NCBI GenBank assembly: GCA_963848295.1
Contig: CAWKDB010000010.1
Location: 2,144,001-2,208,000 of the forward strand
From: an uncultured delta proteobacterium
Lineage (GTDB): Bacteria; Myxococcota_A; Polyangia; Haliangiales; Haliangiaceae
DNA: 64,000 nt
Reading direction: 5' to 3'
Shown here in pieces: positions 1-9,302 of the stretch. The position numbers were made by a program, and so were the translations under genes. Under the pieces are notes generated by a model, which saw only the letters and a list, made by a program, of their open reading frames with translations, had not been told where the DNA came from and did no database searches. Each line of letters opens with the position of its first letter. The first letter of the stretch is position 1.

Positions 1-664
1 GCTGTACTTCGTCGTGTTCGGCTCGGCGATCGGCTCGCGGATGGGCGCGGTCGGCGGCGTCAATTACGGCTCGTTCATCATTCCGGGGCTCATCATGTTG
101 TCGCTCCTCGGCGAGAGCATCTCGAACGCGTCGTTCGGGATCTATCTGCCGAAGTGGTCCGGCACGATCTACGAGCTGCTGTCGGCGCCGGTCGCGTTCG
201 TCGAGGTCGTGCTCGGTTACGTCGGCGCGGCCGCGAGCAAGTCGATCATGCTCGGTGTGCTGATCTTGGTCACCGCGCGCGCGTTCGTGTCCTACGAGAT
301 CGTGCATCCCGTGTGGATGGTCGCGTTCGTCGTCCTCACCGCGGTCACGTTCAGTCTGTTCGGTTTCATCATCGGGCTGTGGGCCGACAGCTTCCAGAAG
401 CTGCAGACGATTCCGCTGATGATCATCACGCCGCTGACATTCCTCGGCGGTGCGTTCTACTCGATCAACATGCTGCCGCCGTTCTGGCAGAAGGTGACGC
501 TGTTCAATCCGGTCGTCTACTTGATCTCCGGTATGCGCTGGGCGTTCTACGGTCGCGGCGACGTCGCCGTCGCGATCAGCGTGAGCGCGACGATCGGGTT
601 CATGGCGCTGTGCCTTGTCGCGATCTGGTGGGTGTTCAAGACCGGGTACAAGCTGAAGACGTAG
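1..664 (+). CDS. ABC-2 type transporter permease (YadH-like), 5' end outside window
   Basis: Hydrophobic ORF with [25 protein letters not shown] and [12 protein letters not shown] motifs of ABC-2 permeases; frame is open from the window edge. Confidence 0.9.
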   Translation, partial: LYFVVFGSAIGSRMGAVGGVNYGSFIIPGLIMLSLLGESISNASFGIYLPKWSGTIYELLSAPVAFVEVVLGYVGAAASKSIMLGVLILVTARAFVSYEIVHPVWMVAFVVLTAVTFSLFGFIIGLWADSFQKLQTIPLMIITPLTFLGGAFYSINMLPPFWQKVTLFNPVVYLISGMRWAFYGRGDVAVAISVSATIGFMALCLVAIWWVFKTGYKLKT

Positions 665-729
665 CCCCGGTCACGGACCGGCTCGGTCATTGCCAGCGTC
701 GTCGGTGCTTCTGACGTACGCTCGCGGCC

Positions 730-2287
730 ATGACGTTGGCCCGCAGCGTGCTCGGAGTGTTGTTCCTCGCAGCGATCGCAACGGATCTGCGCGCGGACGA
801 CGGGCCGCCGTACGTGCCGCCCGATTTCATGGCGCAGCTGCCGCCGCTCCCCGCGTCCGCCGACGCGACGAACGTGTGGAAGCTCGATCTCCCTCAGGCG
901 TTGCAGATCGCGATCCACCAGAATCTCGGCGTCGTGCTCGAGCGCGAGTCGGTAACGGTCGCGAGCCTCGGCATCGATGTCGCGAACGGCGCCTACGAGC
1001 CGGTCGTGAGCTCGACCGTCGATCACGCGAGCGCCGACCAACCGCCGACGTCGATCCAGGCCGGTATCCCCGGCGCGATCATCACGAACAAGAACGAGGA
1101 TTGGCGGTTGTCGGTCGCCGAGCACCTGCCGACCGGCGCGCAGGTCGAGGTGGACTTCTTGAACTCGCGCCTCGCCTCGAACGGCGGGACGGCGGTCGAG
1201 CCGCTCTACTACTCGTCGACGGTGCAAGCGAGCGTGACGCAGCCGCTGTTGCGTGGATTCTCGACCGATCTCGTGGTCCCCCGCATCGATCTGCTGCGCG
1301 CGAAGATCGCATCGAAGAGGGAGCGCGCTCAGCTCGCGGTAGCGGCCGCCGACGTGATCGAGCGGACCGAAGATGCGTACTGGGACGTCGTGCTGGCGTT
1401 ATTCACCTACGATCTTCAGGTCCGCTCGCAGAAACGCGCGGAGGATCAGCTCGCGCTTGACCCAACGCCAGATCGCCTCGGGCTTGAACCCGCCATCGGA
1501 TCTGATCTCGGCGGAGAGCACGCTCGCGCAACGCAACCTCCAGGTCGTGCAAGCCGAGCAACAGATCGAAGCGAGCTCCGATGCGCTGCGCACGATCTTG
1601 AACCTGCCGCGCGAGGAGTGGTCGCGGCCGATCGTCCCGACCGATCTGCCGACGTTCGTGACGCAAGCGGCCTCGGCCGAGGAGGCGCTCGGCGTCGCGC
1701 TCAAGCATCGGCCAGAGTTGGTCCAGCTCGATCTCGATCTCCAGACGGCGATGTTGGCGGTTCGCCAGGCCGAGAACGCGAAGCTGCCGCAGATCGATCT
1801 CGGGCTGACCGCGTCGCTGTTCGGAGCGGACTCGACCTACGGTGGCGCGCTCGATGGCGTCGGCCGAACGAACGCCACGGGCTACAGCGTCGTGCTCAAC
1901 ATGTCGTGGACGCCGTTGCAGCGCGCGACGTCTGCGCTCGCGGAGATCCAGCGCTCGAACCAACGGCAAGCGGTCGTGAGGCGCGAGCAGGTCGTGCAGA
2001 ACGTGTGGTTCGCGGTGCGCGATGCCGTGCGCAACCAGTCGGGAGCTGCGCGTCAGGTGCTCGCCGCCGCCAAGTTCCGCGCGCTGTCGACCGAGAACCT
2101 CGACGTCGAGCAACGCAAGTTCGTCGCCGGCACGTCGTCGAACTTCCTCGTCGCGCAACGTCAAGAGGAGCTCGCGAACGCCCAGCTCTCCGAGCTCCAG
2201 GCGGTGCTGACCCACAAGAAGGCGACCGCCGCGTTGTTACGCGCGATGGGCACGTTGCTCGAAGCGCGCCACGTCGTGTTGCAGTAG
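730..2287 (+). CDS. TolC-family outer membrane efflux protein, one frameshift near 1456
   Basis: Signal peptide; LPQALQIAIHQN and AYWDVVLA in frame 730; continues TQRQIASG...KLPQIDL...EQRKFVAGTSSNF in ORF 1373..2287; one extra base in gcgcttgacc. Confidence 0.85.
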
Positions 2288-3526
2288 CTACTCGGCGTGC
2301 AGCGCCTGGATCGGATCGAGTCGGGCCGCGCGCATAGCCGGGTACAAGCCCGACGCCACGCCGACGACGATCGACACCCCGAGCGAGAGCGCGATCGACC
2401 AGGTCGTGACCACGGTCGGCCAGTTCGCGTAGGCCGCCACACCGCGACCGAGCGCCACGCCGAGCGCGACGCCGAGCAAGCCGCCGAGCATCGCGAGCGA
2501 GAACGCGGTGACCAGGAACTGAAAGCGAATGTCCGAACGGCGCGCGCCGACCGCGCGACGCACGCCGATCTCGCGCGTTTGCTCGAGCACCGACGCGAGC
2601 ATGATGTTCATGATCCCGATGCCGCCGACGAGCAGCGAGATGCCGGCGATCAGCCCCATCACGAGGTTGAACAGCTGCTGGGTCTGCTTGCTGTGCTCGA
2701 GCAACGCATCGGGCACGACGATGTCGTAGTCGCGCGCGCCGCCGTGCAGGTGATCGAGCAGCGTGCCGACGACCGCGCCGGTCTCGCGCGCCGGCGCTTG
2801 CGGCTCGAGCCGCACGACGATCTCCGACAGCGGAGACTTCAGCGGATCGTGATCGAGCTTGCGCAGCGCGGTCGTGAACGGCATGTAGATCTCGTGGTCG
2901 GTCGACGACACCGCCACGCCCTGCACCTCCGTCACCGGGTTCGCTTCGGCGACGAGCACGCCGATGACCTCGCACCACACGTCGTTGATCTTGAGATCCT
3001 TACCGATCGCAGGGTCGACGCCGAACAGATCGCGGCGCACGCCGGCGCCGATCACGCACACCTGGCCATGGTCGCGCTCGTCGGCGACATCGATGAACCG
3101 CCCCTCGGCGAGCGAGAACGGGGTGACCTCGCGATGGCGATGGCCGACGCCGTAGACCTGCGCGGTCGTCTTGCCCCCGGCCGACAGGATCTTGTACGGC
3201 TCGACCTCGACGCGCGGTGCGGCGAACACGACGCCCGGCACCGCCTCTTCGATCGCTTCGATGTCGCGCTGGGACAGTCCGATCGACTTCTTGCGGATCT
3301 CCTTCAGCTCCTCCGGCTTGAACGTCTTCGATCGGATCACGACGTTGCGCGTGCCGAGCTTGTCGATCAACGCGAGCGCTTGCTTCTCGGCACCGGCGCC
3401 GATCGAGAGCATCGCGATCACGGCGCCGACGCCGAACATCATGCCGAGCATCGTCAGCGTCGTGCGCAGCTTGTGCTCGCCGAGGCTGCCGAACGCGGTC
3501 GCGAACGCGTCGAGGATTCGCCTCAT
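2288..3526 (-). CDS. MacB/FtsX-like ABC transporter permease
   Basis: KLRTTLTMLGMMFGVGAVI, GGIGIMNIMLASVLEQTREIGVRRAVGA, LDPIQALHAE; ATG at 3526 overlaps the upstream stop. Confidence 0.93.
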   Translation of the reverse strand: MRRILDAFATAFGSLGEHKLRTTLTMLGMMFGVGAVIAMLSIGAGAEKQALALIDKLGTRNVVIRSKTFKPEELKEIRKKSIGLSQRDIEAIEEAVPGVVFAAPRVEVEPYKILSAGGKTTAQVYGVGHRHREVTPFSLAEGRFIDVADERDHGQVCVIGAGVRRDLFGVDPAIGKDLKINDVWCEVIGVLVAEANPVTEVQGVAVSSTDHEIYMPFTTALRKLDHDPLKSPLSEIVVRLEPQAPARETGAVVGTLLDHLHGGARDYDIVVPDALLEHSKQTQQLFNLVMGLIAGISLLVGGIGIMNIMLASVLEQTREIGVRRAVGARRSDIRFQFLVTAFSLAMLGGLLGVALGVALGRGVAAYANWPTVVTTWSIALSLGVSIVVGVASGLYPAMRAARLDPIQALHAE

Positions 3527-4788
3527 GGCTTGAGCTCTTTCGTCGCCGAGCCAGCGCTGCCGAGCGCGTCGAGGGTCTCGGTCGGGTCGCGCAACGCGAT
3601 GTCGTCGCCGTCGTGCAGCCCGCTCTTGATCACGACCCGGCCGGCGGTCGCGGCGCCGATCTCGACGGTCACCGGCTCGAACCCGGTCGCGGTCTTGCGA
3701 TAGACGATCGTCTTCGAGTCCTTGTCGAACACCGCCTGGCGCGGCACGACGAGCGCATCCTCCTGATCGAGCACGAGCGTCGCCGACACGCGTTGCCCCG
3801 GCTTCATCACGTCGCGATCGGTCTTGTCGAGCGCGATCGTCACCGCGAAGTACTGCACCGGCGATCCGTTCTGGCGCGGCTGCGCGAGCTTGTCGACCAG
3901 CTTGATCTTGCCGTGGAACGTCAACTCGGGGTGCGCTTCGACGACGACGTCGGCCGGCTGCTTCTCGGTCAAGCCGCTGCCGTCGACCTCGAGCACGTAG
4001 ACGACCGCCTCCATCTGGTCGAGCAGCGGGATCTCGGCGACGTTCTGTCCCGGCATGATCTGCTGGCCGACCTTGCGGAGGTGGCCCTGCCAATCGCGCG
4101 CGATCACGAAGATGCCGTCGTTCGGTGCGGTGACCTGCATGCTCGCGAGCGCCTTGTTCGCGTGGTCGATCGCGAGCTGCGCCTTCTGCTTGTCGACGAT
4201 GATGACCGCGGCGTTCGAGGTCGTGCTGCGCTTCTCGAGGCGCTCGGTCTGGGTCGCGTGTTGCTCCTTCGCGTCGGCGAGCTTCGCGTCGACCTCGGCT
4301 TCGATGATCTGATTGCGGGAGAAGATCGTCTTGTCCTTCGCTTGGAACCGCTTGGTCTGCTCGAGCTCGACCGTCGCGAGATCGGCATCGGCCTCGCTGT
4401 CGGCGACCGCGGCGCGCGACTTGACCGCCTCTTCGGCGAGCCGCGCGTCCGCCGATTCGAGATCGCTCGTGCCGTCGATCAAGCGTTTCTGCGAATCGCT
4501 CGGATCGAACTTCACGACGACATCGCCTTGCTTGACGGTCGTGCCATCGGGAGCGAGCCACGCGATCTTCATCGGCCCGAACGGGCCGCCTTGGCGCGGC
4601 GCGCTGAGCTCGGCCGACTTGACCGCTTTCAGGTTGCCGTCGGCGGTGACGTGGCGAACGAACTTCTGCTTCCTCACCGTGTAGGTCGCGACCGACGGGC
4701 TCGCCGCGGCGTGGCCGCGAAACCCGAGCACGTAGCCGCCGACGCCGAGCGCCGCGAGCACGACGACGGTGATCGCGACCTTCGTCAC
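3523..4788 (-). CDS. Efflux periplasmic adaptor (HlyD/MacA family) 3
   Basis: N-terminal TM helix, lipoyl-like hairpin (GTTVKQGDVVVKFD...VTAPNDG), coiled coil, beta-barrel. Confidence 0.88.
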   Translation of the reverse strand: MTKVAITVVVLAALGVGGYVLGFRGHAAASPSVATYTVRKQKFVRHVTADGNLKAVKSAELSAPRQGGPFGPMKIAWLAPDGTTVKQGDVVVKFDPSDSQKRLIDGTSDLESADARLAEEAVKSRAAVADSEADADLATVELEQTKRFQAKDKTIFSRNQIIEAEVDAKLADAKEQHATQTERLEKRSTTSNAAVIIVDKQKAQLAIDHANKALASMQVTAPNDGIFVIARDWQGHLRKVGQQIMPGQNVAEIPLLDQMEAVVYVLEVDGSGLTEKQPADVVVEAHPELTFHGKIKLVDKLAQPRQNGSPVQYFAVTIALDKTDRDVMKPGQRVSATLVLDQEDALVVPRQAVFDKDSKTIVYRKTATGFEPVTVEIGAATAGRVVIKSGLHDGDDIALRDPTETLDALGSAGSATKELKP

Positions 4789-5963
4789 GGCGCCGGCTCC
4801 GCCCGCGACACGCGATCGCCCGGCTCGAGGCCCTTGACGACCTCGATCTCCGTCGTCGATCGCTTGCCGAGCTCGAGCTTGACGCGCTCGAGGCCGCTGC
4901 CGCGCTGCCGATAAGCGATCGGCCCATCGGGTTTGACGAACACGGCGTCGACCGGCACGACGATCACGTGCGCTCGCTTCTCGGTCTCGACCTCGCCGCG
5001 AAAGCGCATCCCCGGCCGCAGCGGCACCGTCGTCTTCGCGAGCGCGAGCTTGAGCTTGACGACCTTGCTCGGGTCCACGTCGGACTTCGGCTCGACGCTC
5101 TTCGCGATCGACTGGACCGTCCCGGTGAGCTGGACATCGGGCTGCGCGTCGAGGCGCAGCGTGATCGGTTGACCGGGCGCGATCCGCGCGATGTCGACCT
5201 CGTCGACGACGCCATCACCGACCATCGCACCGAGGCCGACGATCTGCATGATGTCTTCCATCTTCCACACGCTGTCGCCGACCTTGTGCTTCTCGCCGCG
5301 CCAGTTCACCGGCATCACGATCGTGCCGGCGCGCGGCGCGGTGACTTGCATCGCCTCGATGTTCTTCTGCAGCTCCTCGACCCGGTGCTTCGCGTACGCG
5401 GCATGGTCGGTCAGGCGTTCGAGCTCTTGTTCGTCGGACCGCTTCGATTCCGCCGCGTGGTTCTTCGCACCCGCGAGCACGAGCTTCGCGTTGTCCTCGT
5501 CGAGCTTGAGCGTCTTCAAGTCGACACTCGCTACCAGATCCGGCGTGCCCTGCGCCTTGAGCGATGCCTTGCGCAGCGCCGCTTCGGCTTCGGCGACCTT
5601 GAGCTCGTCCTCGCGCCGAGCGAGCGCGGCATCGACGCGTTTCTTTTCGAGCTTCTTCTGCGCCGCATCGGACTCGTTCTTCATGGTCTCGAGCTCGCGG
5701 ATCTGGTCCGACGGGTCGAAGGCGATCACCGGGTCGCCGGCTTTGACGTCGTCGCCCTCGGTCGCAAGGTTCGCGATCTTGAAGTTCCACACGCCGGGCA
5801 GCGGCGGCGGCTTGATGTCGGTCGAGTCGACCGCGGCGAGCACGCCGGTGACCTCGACGCCGATCACGAGATCGTCGCGCTTGACGTCGGCGAACTGCCT
5901 GTCGGTCGCGCCATGCGAGCACGCCGCGAGCAACCCGACGAGCAGCGCGCTCGCGCGCGTCAC
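4785..5963 (-). CDS. Efflux periplasmic adaptor (HlyD/MacA family) 2, lipoprotein
   Basis: GTG start in a GTGA overlap; lipobox LLAAC; EGDDVKAGDPVIAFD...VTAPRAG; LRPGM. Confidence 0.88.
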   Translation of the reverse strand: MTRASALLVGLLAACSHGATDRQFADVKRDDLVIGVEVTGVLAAVDSTDIKPPPLPGVWNFKIANLATEGDDVKAGDPVIAFDPSDQIRELETMKNESDAAQKKLEKKRVDAALARREDELKVAEAEAALRKASLKAQGTPDLVASVDLKTLKLDEDNAKLVLAGAKNHAAESKRSDEQELERLTDHAAYAKHRVEELQKNIEAMQVTAPRAGTIVMPVNWRGEKHKVGDSVWKMEDIMQIVGLGAMVGDGVVDEVDIARIAPGQPITLRLDAQPDVQLTGTVQSIAKSVEPKSDVDPSKVVKLKLALAKTTVPLRPGMRFRGEVETEKRAHVIVVPVDAVFVKPDGPIAYRQRGSGLERVKLELGKRSTTEIEVVKGLEPGDRVSRAEPAP

Positions 5964-7138
5964 GTGCCGTCTCCGATCACGACGACATCGCCGACGACCA
6001 GACCCTTGTCGACCGCGCATGCCTGCGCATCGCACGGGCCGAGCGTCACGTCGCGCACCGTGCTGTTCGCGAGCCGCACGGTCGTTTGCTTGCCCCACGT
6101 CACCGCGCCGCGCGGCACGAGCACGACGTTCTCGAGCCCCGGCCGGCGCAGCTCGACCTTCACCGACATTCCGGGGCGCAGCCGCGAATCGGGCTTGCCG
6201 AGCGCGAGCTCGACCGAGAACGCGCGGCGCAGCGATTGCTCGCCCTTCGTCCGCGCGACCGGCGTGAGCTGGTTGACCGTGCATGCGAACGGCTCGGCCG
6301 GGTACGCGTCGAGCGTGCACGTGCCGGTCATCCCGACGTTGACCCGGCCATCGTCGACGTCCGACAGCTCGGAGTGGACCTCCATGTTCGCGCCGAGGTC
6401 CGGCATCGTGACGATCGGCCAGCCCGGCTGCACGGTATCGCCGACGTGGTACTTGCGGCCCTCCCACGGGTGGGTGTCGATCACGATCACGCCGTCGCGC
6501 GGCGCCTTGAGCTCGAGCGCGTCGATCACCGTGGCGGCGAGATCGATCGCGCGCTTGGCCTTGTCCTGATCGATCTGCTTCACGCGGAGATCGAGCTCGG
6601 CGGCTTGCTTCTGCGCCGCGAGGTCTGCCTTCGCCTTCTCGACCGCGACCGCGGTGCGCTTCTCCTCGAGCTGACGATCCTGAGCTTCGCGCGCGGCGAG
6701 CAGATCGGCCGGGACGTCGGCGCGGACCTTCGCTTTGTCGTAGGCGACCTGCGCTTGCGCGAGCGCGTTCGCCTTGTTCTCGGTCTCCATCGCCGAGACG
6801 TCGCGGGCGGTCTGCAGCGTCATCGCGGCCTCGAGCCAGGTCAGATGCTTCTGCTCGAGGTCGGCGGTCACCGCGGAGTTGTCGAACGCGAGCACGCGAT
6901 CGCCCGCCTTGACCTCCGCGCCGTCCTCGGCCATCCAGCGAATCGCGAGCTCCCACGTCGCGGTGGTCCGCGGCACGCTGAGCTCGACCGCGACGACCGC
7001 GCGGAGCTCGCCGGTCAGCAACACGCGGTCCGAGATCGAGCCGCTCGTCACCGCCTGCGTTCGAGTCGCCGCCGCGCCGTGCTTCGCCGGCGCGCGATAG
7101 CACGCCGCGATCGCGAGCGCGACCACCGCGTACCTCAC
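5960..7138 (-). CDS. Efflux periplasmic adaptor (HlyD/MacA family) 1, lipoprotein
   Basis: GTG start in a GTGA overlap; lipobox AIAAC; DGAEVKAGDRVLAFD...LKAPRDG; LRPGMSV. Confidence 0.88.
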   Translation of the reverse strand: MRYAVVALAIAACYRAPAKHGAAATRTQAVTSGSISDRVLLTGELRAVVAVELSVPRTTATWELAIRWMAEDGAEVKAGDRVLAFDNSAVTADLEQKHLTWLEAAMTLQTARDVSAMETENKANALAQAQVAYDKAKVRADVPADLLAAREAQDRQLEEKRTAVAVEKAKADLAAQKQAAELDLRVKQIDQDKAKRAIDLAATVIDALELKAPRDGVIVIDTHPWEGRKYHVGDTVQPGWPIVTMPDLGANMEVHSELSDVDDGRVNVGMTGTCTLDAYPAEPFACTVNQLTPVARTKGEQSLRRAFSVELALGKPDSRLRPGMSVKVELRRPGLENVVLVPRGAVTWGKQTTVRLANSTVRDVTLGPCDAQACAVDKGLVVGDVVVIGDGT

Positions 7139-7830
7139 GCCGCCGCCTGCTTGCGCTGATCCGACGTGACCTTGCCGTCGAGGACCCGGATCGCCCGCGG
7201 GCAGCGCGCCGCGATCTCGGGCTCGTGGGTGACGATGATGATCGTGTTGCCCTCGGCGTGCAGTTGATGAAACAACGCCATGATGTCCTCGGTCGTTGCC
7301 GAGTCGAGGTTGCCGGTCGGCTCGTCGCACAACAGCAGCGACGGCTCGGTGACGAGCGCTCGCGCGATCGCGGTGCGCTGGCGCTGGCCACCCGAGAGCT
7401 GAAATGGGCGATGGCGCATGCGTTGGCCGAGCCCGACGCGGGTCAAGGCCGCGGCCGCGCGCCGGTCGCGTTCGCGCGCCGGGATGCCGCGATAGACGAG
7501 CGGCAGCGCCACATTCTTCAGCGCGGTCGCGCGGTGCAGGAGCTGGAAGCTCTGGAACACGAAGCCGATCTGGCGATTGCGCACGCGCGCGCGATCGTCA
7601 TCGGACAAGCTCTGGACATCCGCGCCGTCGAGCCGGTACTCGCCCGCCGATGGCGTATCGAGACAGCCGAGGATGTTGAGCAGCGTCGACTTGCCCGAGC
7701 CCGACGAGCCGACGATCGCGACCATCTCGCCGCGATCGATCGCGAACGACACGCCGTCGAGCGCCGCGATTCGCTCGTCGCCCATCGTGTAGTAGCGGGC
7801 GATGTCTACGAGCTCGATCAGGGCCGCCAT
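7135..7830 (-). CDS. ABC transporter ATP-binding protein (MacB/LolD-like)
   Basis: Walker A GSSGSGKS, LSGGQRQR signature, LLCDEPTGNLD, VTHE. Confidence 0.95.
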   Translation of the reverse strand: MAALIELVDIARYYTMGDERIAALDGVSFAIDRGEMVAIVGSSGSGKSTLLNILGCLDTPSAGEYRLDGADVQSLSDDDRARVRNRQIGFVFQSFQLLHRATALKNVALPLVYRGIPARERDRRAAAALTRVGLGQRMRHRPFQLSGGQRQRTAIARALVTEPSLLLCDEPTGNLDSATTEDIMALFHQLHAEGNTIIIVTHEPEIAARCPRAIRVLDGKVTSDQRKQAAA

Positions 7831-8074
7831 CGGCGTCGCAAAGGTACACCGGGGTCGACGGGACCGCATCGCCATTCGGCGGCGCCGCGCGCCCGGCAAG
7901 CCCCGGCCGTCGAGGGTCAGAGAGCAGGTCGCCAGCGCGCACATCGCGCTATACCGACGTCGAGGCGCGAACATTCGCCCAAGCGCCGCCCGCGATCAGC
8001 TTCCGGCCAGGACTGATCAGCCACTGTCAGAACTCGAACGAGTCGCTGAACGCCCCGCCATCGTCGCTCGAAGC

Positions 8075-8467
8075 ATGTTGGCGGTTCATGCGCTGATGCT
8101 GACCAATCCCTGAGGGATCATCGAGGGAATCTCGTCCGCGCGTGGCCGCGGCGATGCGCTCGTCGGCGGCCGCGCCGCGGGTCGCGACCGGGTCGCGGTG
8201 TTCCGCGATCTCCGTGGCATCGGCGATGCGATCGCGCTCGATCTCGCGCCCGACACCACGAGCGCCAAGCTGCGCGGCGTGCTGCACGATGCCCGCGCCG
8301 CCGGATGTTCAGGCGTCGCGATCGTCGCGCGCGGGCCGAGCTATCCATGGCCGCGAAGAGTCTACTGGCTCGCTACTGGCGCGGAGCCCGGCGGCGGCGA
8401 CTCGCTCCAGCAGTGGCTGCGCGCGCTCGACCGCGACGCCGGGTCGGCAACGATCGCGCGCGAGTAA
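8075..8467 (+). pseudogene. Possible gene remnant / hypothetical protein
   Basis: ATG at 8075 is in frame with ORF 8198..8467 but interrupted by TGA at 8111; no recognisable domain. Confidence 0.3.
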
Positions 8468-8521
8468 CGAGTCGAAGAAGTCGATCATGAAGATCGCAGG
8501 AGTGACGGCCGCCTAGATCGT

Positions 8522-9161
8522 CCGCGAAGCGCGCAGCGCTTCCCTTGCGCGCCGCGCAGGGCGCCGCACGGAGCGAAGCGGAGTGCGAGCGGCGGGACTC
8601 GCCACCCCGCGGGACTCGCGCCCGCATCGCGGGCGCGGGAACCCGCGCGGGCCAGAGAGTCCCGCGAAGCGCGCAGCGCTTCCCTTGCGCGCCGCGCAGG
8701 GCGCCGCACGGGGCGAAGCGGAGTGCGAGCGGCGGGACTCGCCACCCCGCGGGACCCGCGCCCGCATCGCGGGCGCGGGAACCCGCGCGGGCCAGAGAGT
8801 CCCGCGAAGCGCGCAGCGCTTCCCTTGCGCGCCGCGCAGGGCGCCGCACGGAGCGAAGCGGAGTGCGAGCGGCGGGACTCGCCACCCCGCGGGACTCGCG
8901 CCCGCATCGCGGGCGCGGGAACCCGCGCGGGCCAGAGAGTCCCGCGAAGCGCGCAGCGCTTCCCTTGCGCGCCGCGCAGGGCGCCGCACGGAGCGAAGCG
9001 GAGTGCGAGCGGCGGGACTCGCCACCCCGCGGGACTCGCGCCCGCATCGCGGGCGCGGGAACCCGCGCGGGCCAGAGAGTCCCGCGAAGCGCGCAGCGCT
9101 TCCCTTGCGCGCCGCGCAGGGCGCCGCACGGAGCGAAGCGGAGTGCGAGCGGCGGGACTCG
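8522..9161. repeat. tRNA-linked tandem repeat, 140-bp unit x about 4.6
   Basis: Units start at about 8521, 8661, 8801, 8941 and 9081; near-identical (2 substitutions in unit 2); each holds 18 bp of the tRNA-Leu 3' end. Confidence 0.97.
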
Positions 9162-9225
9162 AACCCGCACGCGGTTAAGCGCTGCCACCTAAAGACAGTG
9201 TGTCTACCAATTCCACCACGCTCGC
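9144..9225 (-). tRNA. tRNA-Leu(TAG), CCA not encoded
   Basis: GCGAGCG acceptor stem, TGGTGGAATTGGTAGACAC D-arm, CTGTC-TTTAGGT-GGCAG anticodon arm, long variable arm, GGTTCGAGTCC T-loop. Confidence 0.96.
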
Positions 9226-9302
9226 GACATCGCACATATAACACGGCGCCGATTCTTCCCGCCTGGCGCGTGAGCTTCGCGTGAACCGAATCGCGCGCTG
9301 GC

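Noticed and set aside
1440..1470. Programmed ribosomal frameshift in tolC
   Set aside because: No slippery heptamer; similar indels in unrelated genes point to sequencing error
2288..7391. Giant fused ORFs in the ORF track (2288..4927, 4785..7391) and many Arg-rich antisense ORFs
   Set aside because: The upstream extensions are off-frame shadows of neighbouring genes in GC-rich DNA; true starts sit at ATGA/GTGA overlaps
8111..8113. Selenocysteine read-through of an in-frame TGA
   Set aside because: No redox motif context, no evident SECIS, and the ORF has no recognisable family
8522..9161. CRISPR array
   Set aside because: Units are near-identical over their full 140 bp, with no unique spacers and no cas genes in the window
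8000..9300. Prophage or genomic island at tRNA-Leu
   Set aside because: No integrase or phage genes, and no distant attR copy noticed in the window
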